DNA of 64,000 nucleotides from Pseudomonadota bacterium. Lineage in GTDB: Bacteria > Bdellovibrionota > Bdellovibrionia > Bdellovibrionales > Bdellovibrionaceae. Position 1 is the first letter of the stretch. Each line of letters begins with the position of its first letter. The notes beneath the pieces were generated by a model. It had not been told where the DNA came from and did not search any database. It worked only from the letters and a program-made list of their open reading frames with translations. Below are positions 57,525 to 64,000 of the stretch, in pieces. The position numbers and the translations under genes were made by a program. The stretch covers positions 128,001 through 192,000 of the forward strand of contig JBEGVH010000006.1 of assembly GCA_041178425.1 (NCBI GenBank), read 5' to 3'.

Positions 57525-58121
57525 ATGTCGAACCCTTGGAATGATCGGTACCGTCGGCCCGACTACTACTATGGCATTGAGCCAAATACTTTTTTAGCTG
57601 AACATTCTCAACTTTTTATAAAAAAAGGGAAAATTCTCTGTCTCGCGGAAGGAGAGGGACGCAATGCCGTTCATCTAGCTAAAATGGGATTTGAGGTAAC
57701 GGCCGTTGATTTTTCCGAGGTAGGTCTAGAAAAATTAAAAGATCTTGCGAAGCAAAACAGCGTCGAAATTGAAACTATCTGCGCTGATTTAGAAAACTAT
57801 GATATTGGTCACAACAAATGGGACGGTATTGTTTCTATTTGGTGCCATCTGCCTAAAAATATTCGCTCCACCCTTCATGAAAAAGTAAAACAGGGCCTGA
57901 AAGAAAACGGAATCTTTTTGCTGGAGGCTTACACTCCGAACCAACTAAAATTTAAAACGGGCGGGCCTCAGGATCCAAATCTTATGCCTACTTTGATTGA
58001 ACTTGAGGAAGAGCTAAAGACTTTAAAGATAGAACTGGGGCGTGAAGTTGAGCGCGACATTCAAGAAGGTATCGGCCATCGAGGGTTAAGCGCCGTTGTT
58101 CAGTTCATGGCGCGAAAGTGA
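57525..58121 (+). CDS. Class I SAM-dependent methyltransferase (TehB-like)
   Basis: WNDRY..YYYGIEPN, ILCLAEGEGRNAV, TGGP. Confidence 0.88.
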   Translation: MSNPWNDRYRRPDYYYGIEPNTFLAEHSQLFIKKGKILCLAEGEGRNAVHLAKMGFEVTAVDFSEVGLEKLKDLAKQNSVEIETICADLENYDIGHNKWDGIVSIWCHLPKNIRSTLHEKVKQGLKENGIFLLEAYTPNQLKFKTGGPQDPNLMPTLIELEEELKTLKIELGREVERDIQEGIGHRGLSAVVQFMARK

Positions 58122-58146
58122 ATCATTAAAGATTCTGCGTGATTAT

Positions 58147-59496
58147 TTACCAAAATCTTGCGATCGGAAAACCGAAAGTAACCCCTAGACTTTTCGATGA
58201 AACTGATTGGTTATTGATGGTTTCTTTGGCGGCAAGGTAATTGATTTCTCCGAAGACCCGACCACCCCAACGCCACCAAAGATTATAATAGCTGCGCCCA
58301 TTGATCTCAGGATAAATAAACCCGCCGAGCGACATATTGTGTCCGCGCTTAAAAGCGTCGGTGTAAATAAATTCAAAACCCTGAGGAAAACTTGGCGCCA
58401 CGTGGACTTTTCCCTCGGCTTGAAATCCAACAAAATGACCGCCAAAAAGGAGATTCATCGTCATGCGCTGATCAAACATTTTGGCGTTTTCAGTGCTAAG
58501 GTATAAACCAAAATCAGTCCACAGACGATTAGAAATAGAAGTGGCATCAAAGGCAACAAACCTTAAGCCCTCACTAATAAACACAGATCCATAGAGGGTT
58601 AAGAGTGGGCTCCAACCATAGTCATACTCCCCTTCGGCACTAAAATCGCCAAAGTAGGGGCCGATTCCAAGGCCTAAAAAACCCAAAGTGTGTCGCTCTG
58701 ACAGAGCATAATCGATAATAAGTTCTTGTCCCTCTGAACGCGAAAGAACTATTTTACCAGGCGACGAGTTCAGACGAGGGGTGTATATTAAAGGGAGTGA
58801 GGGTTTAATCTCCAGATTATCTGCTCGCACTTTTTGACCACCTTCGGGGTTTTCCCAAAAAACGTACATTTCAAGGGTGGATTTGCGAAAATGATTGCTG
58901 GCTGTAAGAATGGGTCGACAACCAATATAGACCCAATCATTTGCAGAAACCGTTTTTTTGCTCCATTGGGCATTCACGCCATACTTCGAGCAAGAACTAT
59001 CGTAAAAAACAAGGCCCGACTTTTGCGAATCAAGGGGCTGGTACCTGATATGAAAACTTGATTGATAAGTTTTTCCTTCGAATTCGATCTCAACTTTGAC
59101 CTGGTTGTCGGTATGATTAAACAGCGCCACAGGTAACTGCAGGCTCGTCATTTGCTGACCGCCCGAACTAAACCCCCCATAACTTGCTCTCACAGTGACG
59201 GGGCGTTTGAATTGTATATGCGCCCGTCCGCGAGGGAGTACTAAAACATCGATCAGTCTCACCCACTGAAGACTGTCTTTTTCAATATGAGCGCTTTCAA
59301 CGAATGGCAAATCATTTTGCCATCGAATACGAAAATCCTCAGCATTGATGCCCTCTAGAGCAAAGGCAGACGGCACTGCTTCAGAAAGAATAGAACTTGT
59401 TAAATTTTGCGGTAGTTCGAGGCGATTCCCCCAGGCAGAGGAAACAATAAAAAATGATGCGAGGAGAGACCAAAGAAAGTTTATTTTTTTTATCAT
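58147..59496 (-). CDS. Hypothetical outer-membrane protein
   Basis: Signal peptide; C-terminal amphipathic beta-strands ending in aromatic residues. Confidence 0.6.
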   Translation of the reverse strand: MIKKINFLWSLLASFFIVSSAWGNRLELPQNLTSSILSEAVPSAFALEGINAEDFRIRWQNDLPFVESAHIEKDSLQWVRLIDVLVLPRGRAHIQFKRPVTVRASYGGFSSGGQQMTSLQLPVALFNHTDNQVKVEIEFEGKTYQSSFHIRYQPLDSQKSGLVFYDSSCSKYGVNAQWSKKTVSANDWVYIGCRPILTASNHFRKSTLEMYVFWENPEGGQKVRADNLEIKPSLPLIYTPRLNSSPGKIVLSRSEGQELIIDYALSERHTLGFLGLGIGPYFGDFSAEGEYDYGWSPLLTLYGSVFISEGLRFVAFDATSISNRLWTDFGLYLSTENAKMFDQRMTMNLLFGGHFVGFQAEGKVHVAPSFPQGFEFIYTDAFKRGHNMSLGGFIYPEINGRSYYNLWWRWGGRVFGEINYLAAKETINNQSVSSKSLGVTFGFPIARFW

Positions 59497-59580
59497 TATT
59501 GTTTTATTGTTACGCCCCTTTACTCTATCATCAAAAAGTAGTTGTTCGAAGGAGTTAAAATTGGTCTTCAGGAGTAATCA

Positions 59581-60519
59581 ATGAACGCAGGGATCAATCC
59601 GCAAATACACCAAAGTCCAGCACCAGTGGTTATTTATTTTTCTTTGGTACTCATTCAGGTCTTATTCGGAATTAACTATGTTGTTTCTCAGTTAATTCTG
59701 CATTCCTTTTCACCGATGGTGTGGGCCAGCTTTCGAATTATTATCGCCGCAGCTGTCATGGTGATGGTGGCCTTTCTGGTAAAACCCAACTCACGCCCAA
59801 AACTGACTCTTTCGGTACTAAAACCGCTGATCATTTTTAGTTTTTTAGGCACGATTATAAATCAAACCGCTTTTTTAAAGGGCTTGCAATACACCACTCC
59901 AACGAACAGTGCGATTCTCAATACGCTGATTCCTGTCTTCACTCTTTTATTTGTGACATTTCGTGGTTTGGAGCCCCTCACCAAATCGAGGGCCTTTGGG
60001 TTTATTTTAGCCTTTGGTGGCGTGCTCATCATGCGAAAAATTGAAGATTTTAGTTGGGGAGATAAAACGCTTCAGGGCGATCTTCTGACGATTCTCAATT
60101 GTTTAAGTTATGGTCTTTTTCTCGCATACAGTCGTGATTTTTTAATGCAACATGATCGACTTTGGGTGACGGCCTATATGTTTCTCTTTGGGAGTATTGG
60201 CATTACTCTGATGGCTCTGCCGGAATGGATACAGTTTCAAGGATTTGAATTTTCGTGGTCTCTCATTGGTGCCATGGTTTTTAGTATTATTGGTGGAACG
60301 CTCATTACTTATTTTTTAAATAATTGGACCCTCACTTACTCGACCTCTTCGTCGGTGGCTATATTTATTTATTTGCAACCCATCGTCGCAGCGTCTCTGG
60401 CCTGGGTTTGGTTGGGACAAACCGTTACTATAAGAACCTTTCTGGCCAGTCTGATTATTCTCGTTGGTGTATTGTTGGTTCTGGGTTTTTTTAATAAGAG
60501 ATTCAAAGTTGCAGATTAA
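59581..60519 (+). CDS. EamA/DMT-family transporter
   Basis: ~10 TMs in two repeats; GLQYTTPTNSAIL, FIYLQPIVA. Confidence 0.9.
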   Translation: MNAGINPQIHQSPAPVVIYFSLVLIQVLFGINYVVSQLILHSFSPMVWASFRIIIAAAVMVMVAFLVKPNSRPKLTLSVLKPLIIFSFLGTIINQTAFLKGLQYTTPTNSAILNTLIPVFTLLFVTFRGLEPLTKSRAFGFILAFGGVLIMRKIEDFSWGDKTLQGDLLTILNCLSYGLFLAYSRDFLMQHDRLWVTAYMFLFGSIGITLMALPEWIQFQGFEFSWSLIGAMVFSIIGGTLITYFLNNWTLTYSTSSSVAIFIYLQPIVAASLAWVWLGQTVTIRTFLASLIILVGVLLVLGFFNKRFKVAD

Positions 60520-60682
60520 GGATTAGATCAAAGAATTAAGCTTTTTTAGGTATCAGACTTAATACAAACTTCAATTGATCCATTGGCTTGAAGAGCATGA
60601 ACTTCTTCATAAAAATCGCTCGGAGTGATATGTTCGCTCCCATAAAAAGATAACTCTGAGTGAATGGTGCATTTGGTTTTGA

Positions 60683-63600
60683 CTACGGCGGGATCACGAT
60701 GGGGTGAGGGAGCCATGGTGGAATCGAATCAGGATCACCGAACTGTCCGCGGCCGCTATCTCCCCAGCATTTAAGGGCTCCTCCGGTGGTAATGCCGCAA
60801 GTGTGTTGGTATCCGGCTGAGACTTGAGCGTAAGTAATTGTTCCGTCGATCAATGTCGGCGTAGACTTGCTTTCCACAGTGCCGTCGCCCAATTGACCTT
60901 TGTTATTACTGCCCCAACATTTAAGTGCTCCACCGGTGGTAATGCCGCAAGTATGTTTTGGAGTGGGGGTGTTGTTTGTTCCTCCTACAGCGATCTTAGC
61001 ATATAAGGTGTTGCTATCGATGACGGTCGGGATCTTTGAGCTTAGCGATGGATTATTACCCAACTCCCCATTCTCATTTCTGCCCCAGCATTTGAGTGCA
61101 CCGCTGTTAGTAATGCCGCAAGTATAATTATGGCCAGTTACTACCTGCGAATAGAACGTGCCACTATCGATGGTGGTCGGAGCGCTTTTATTGTTGTTGG
61201 TATCGTCGCCGAGCTCCCCATACGTGTTTCCTCCCCAGCACTTAAGTACGCTTCCCGTGGTAATTGCGCAGGTGTGGCTAATCCCAGCAGAGACTAGACT
61301 GTAGAGCGTTCCACTATCTATCGTTGTGGGACTCGTTTTGTTAGTTGTTGTGCCATCACCCACTTGCCCACTGTTGTTCAAACCCCAACATTTGAGTGCA
61401 CCTCCCGAGGTAATACCACAGGTGTGGCTACCGCCAACAGAGATCTGATTGTAACTCGTGCCACTGTCTATCGTAATTGGAGTCGTTTTGTTTGTTGTTG
61501 TACCATCACCCAGCTGCCCAATTCCATTCCACCCCCAGCATTTAAGGGCTCCACCGGTGGTAATTGCGCAGGTGTGGTACCTTCCCGTATGGATTTTGCT
61601 GTAAGCGTCGGTTGTTATTAAGTCGGAGAAGTAGTGTCGGTCTATCAACGTGCCATCCCCTAGTTGTCCACGATCGTTAACACCAGAACATCGTATTTTA
61701 CTATCAGAAACTATTCGACAAGTTCGATTTTGGGTCGCGCTCAATTGTGAGGTATTAACTTCATTTTGAATCACCCTAGGAGTTAGACTCATGGATGGAT
61801 GATCATCGCCTAATTGGCCAAGGTCGTTACTCCCCCAGCATTTGAGCGTACCGCCCGTTGTGAGACCACAGGTGTGTTGATTGTCTGCAGTAATCTGAGA
61901 GTAGGTTTTTCCGCCATCGATAATGGTGGGTAAATCAATTTTTGTGCCCGGTGATTGATGACCCACCTGCCCCCAAGAATTATCTCCCCAGCATCTGAGT
62001 GTGCCGCCCGTGGTGATACCGCAGGTGTGGCTAAAACCAGCAGCTATTTGGGCGTAAGAGTTACTTGTGTCGATAGTCAAAGGTGTATTTGTAGAGTTGA
62101 TCGTTGGATCACCCAGTTGGCCCGAGGTATTCCGCCCCCAGCATTTGAGCGTGCCACCCGTGGTGATACCGCAGGTATGGATCGACTTCGCAAAAACCTT
62201 AGCGTAGCTCGTGCCTGAATCAATAGGAGAGGGAGCGCTAATTTGCACATTGGTAGAGCCGTCACCCAGTTGACTTTCACCATTCCAACCCCAGCACTTG
62301 AGTGAATCATCTGTGGTGATGCCACAAGTATGGCTGCCGCCAGCAGAGATCTGAGAGTAACTCGTGCCACTATCAATCGTGGTGGGAGTCGTTTTATTAG
62401 TCGTAGTGCCATCGCCTAATTGGTTCTCTACATTCCTACCCCAACACTTGAGTGCACCACCAGTGGTGATGCCACAGGTGTGGCTACCGCCAGCAGAGAT
62501 TTGATTGTAACTGGTTCCACTGTCGATCGTGGTGGGATTGGTTTTATTAGTCGTGGTGCCATCGCCCAGTTGCCCACCGCCATTATCACCCCAACACTTG
62601 AGTGCACCACCAGTGGTGATGCCACAGGTATGGCTACTACCAGCAGAGATTTGATTGTAACTGGTTCCACTGTCGATCGTTATAGGAGCCGTTTTGTTAG
62701 TCGTAGTGCCATCACCTAATTGGCCCCAACCATTGTCACCCCAACACTTGAGCTTTCCGCCAAATGTAATGCCGCAAGTGTGTTGAGCACCGGCATCAAT
62801 TTTACTAAAAATGGTGTCAACAGCATTCGAATCGGTGTCTTGAATGACGTTAAACTGAAAGGCAGAAAAACCCGGCACAACACCCGCCCTCGAGGATTGA
62901 TCGATCCGTAGATTGAAAATCTTATCGCCTGTTATCGCACTATTTCTCACTATATGATAATTAACGATCGAACTGAGTTGGCCCGCAGGGATTGTCACAG
63001 AATTTGAGACCAAGTTGTGATCATCGCCACCGGCACCACCAAAGATTTTATAACTGAGTGTCACATCATAAGGCTTTATCTCACCCAATGTGATTTGAAA
63101 AGAATTGGCCTGAGCGGTATCTTGAAATGTTTCACCAGAGGAATTAACACTGGCCTCAACAACCGAGTCTTTCGTCCAAGTAAAATTCGTGGCATTGGCC
63201 ATGAGCTGATAGTTACTATTGTTTCCGCCTTTACTGCCGAGAACACAAAATTTCAACACGGTGCCGTCCGCGAATGAGCTGAGATCTTCTTCAATGGCTA
63301 TACCTACGGCCGTCTCAGCTCCATAACCAGTAAATAGATTGCAATCAGTTGTCGCGCTGGTACCCACTTTGTAACGATAATGAGTAATACCGGTTCCACC
63401 AACGATAATATTAATGGGCGTGAAATCAACTGGAAGGTTTGATAGAGTTGCGACACCGGAAGTGTCACCCTGAGACTTCGTCCATGTGGCTTCGGTGGCG
63501 CCTTGATAGGCTTGCCAATTATTACTCGCATCGCCACCGACCACGCAGAGTCTGATGACTGCATCGGGCAGGCCAGAAAGATCATGAGCGATCTTGCTGT

Positions 63601-64000
63601 TTTGATTAATGGCCGCCGAGTAACCATCGGCGCTGCTACAGTCGGTGTTTGTACTCGCCCCCACTTTGTATTTGTATTTGGTTAATCCATTGTTGTTGCC
63701 AACAGAAACATCTAAAAAAGTTATACTGTTTGAACCAGTGGGCACGCCACTGAGCACTGCCACAGGGACACTAGAGTCCAGTGAAAAGTTAAGAGTATTG
63801 GAAATAAGATTTAGATTACCTTTGCTATCTTGAGTTGATCCCGCAGGGAGATTGACCCCAAAGGTTCCTTGGTTATTCGCATTTAATATAAATTGATAGG
63901 TATGCCCTGATCCAGTCAATTGGCTGGCTGTTGCGTTGGTTAAATTGAGATCACTCAATTCAAAACCTGTGACAGCAAAATTAAAAACCACTGTGATAGG
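60683..64000 (-). CDS. Large surface protein with Ig-like domains and 14 RCC1/BLIP-II repeats; 5' part lies beyond the window
   Basis: 14 repeats of HTCGITTGGALKCWGxNxxGQLG; the frame stays open to position 64000. Confidence 0.9.
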   Translation of the reverse strand, partial: PITVVFNFAVTGFELSDLNLTNATASQLTGSGHTYQFILNANNQGTFGVNLPAGSTQDSKGNLNLISNTLNFSLDSSVPVAVLSGVPTGSNSITFLDVSVGNNNGLTKYKYKVGASTNTDCSSADGYSAAINQNSKIAHDLSGLPDAVIRLCVVGGDASNNWQAYQGATEATWTKSQGDTSGVATLSNLPVDFTPINIIVGGTGITHYRYKVGTSATTDCNLFTGYGAETAVGIAIEEDLSSFADGTVLKFCVLGSKGGNNSNYQLMANATNFTWTKDSVVEASVNSSGETFQDTAQANSFQITLGEIKPYDVTLSYKIFGGAGGDDHNLVSNSVTIPAGQLSSIVNYHIVRNSAITGDKIFNLRIDQSSRAGVVPGFSAFQFNVIQDTDSNAVDTIFSKIDAGAQHTCGITFGGKLKCWGDNGWGQLGDGTTTNKTAPITIDSGTSYNQISAGSSHTCGITTGGALKCWGDNGGGQLGDGTTTNKTNPTTIDSGTSYNQISAGGSHTCGITTGGALKCWGRNVENQLGDGTTTNKTTPTTIDSGTSYSQISAGGSHTCGITTDDSLKCWGWNGESQLGDGSTNVQISAPSPIDSGTSYAKVFAKSIHTCGITTGGTLKCWGRNTSGQLGDPTINSTNTPLTIDTSNSYAQIAAGFSHTCGITTGGTLRCWGDNSWGQVGHQSPGTKIDLPTIIDGGKTYSQITADNQHTCGLTTGGTLKCWGSNDLGQLGDDHPSMSLTPRVIQNEVNTSQLSATQNRTCRIVSDSKIRCSGVNDRGQLGDGTLIDRHYFSDLITTDAYSKIHTGRYHTCAITTGGALKCWGWNGIGQLGDGTTTNKTTPITIDSGTSYNQISVGGSHTCGITSGGALKCWGLNNSGQVGDGTTTNKTSPTTIDSGTLYSLVSAGISHTCAITTGSVLKCWGGNTYGELGDDTNNNKSAPTTIDSGTFYSQVVTGHNYTCGITNSGALKCWGRNENGELGNNPSLSSKIPTVIDSNTLYAKIAVGGTNNTPTPKHTCGITTGGALKCWGSNNKGQLGDGTVESKSTPTLIDGTITYAQVSAGYQHTCGITTGGALKCWGDSGRGQFGDPDSIPPWLPHPIVIPP
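62291..62790 (-). repeat. 150-bp-period coding tandem repeats (RCC1 blades)
   Basis: CCA(A/G)CACTTGAG recurs at 62291, 62441, 62591 and 62741 with near-identical DNA between. Confidence 0.85.

Noticed and set aside
60548..60682. Short start-less minus-strand frame (KCTIHSELSFYG...IKSDT*) after the RCC1 gene
   Set aside because: About 45 codons with no recognisable motif; could be chance.
60683..62800. Regular repeats as a CRISPR array
   Set aside because: They are 150-bp in-frame coding repeats with no repeat-spacer structure and no cas genes.
1640..63833. Many short ORFs in the supplied track overlapping long genes (e.g. 5733-6266, 14441-14974, 51395-52144)
   Set aside because: They are antisense or alternate-frame shadows of well-supported genes, with no motifs or RBS noted.

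Overview
Bacterial chromosomal segment, most likely from a Bdellovibrionota predator. This is inferred from the FQNC-type lipobox, a Bdellovibrio-style fibre adhesin, a large RCC1-repeat surface protein, a FliG-C-like protein and several sigma28-type promoters. The left ~28 kb is mostly housekeeping: a partial GT2 glycosyltransferase, tRNA-Cys, comM, a Xer recombinase, two S8 proteases, rlpA-like, orn, srkA, mutS2, lnt, clpP, a PAS histidine kinase, a TetR-TolC-RND operon and a DEAD helicase. The right ~36 kb is a patchwork of secreted or surface orphan genes and gene remnants around a 28-bp dif-like XerCD site at 52931-52958, so this is probably the replication terminus. Main observations: (1) the dif site lies between two paralogous ~1000-aa exported LamG/CxxCH proteins and next to a start-less antitoxin remnant; (2) a propeptide-less kexin-like lipoprotein protease is coupled to a separately encoded propeptide/chaperone-like gene; (3) a 90-bp, mostly synonymously diverged direct repeat brackets trhO; (4) a fibre adhesin is paired with a FISUMP-like partner; (5) a GTCTCA-N3-TGAGAC palindrome recurs near sigma28 promoters; (6) an outer-membrane gene appears collapsed by a microhomology deletion. 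All family assignments come from motif recognition by eye; no database searches were run.
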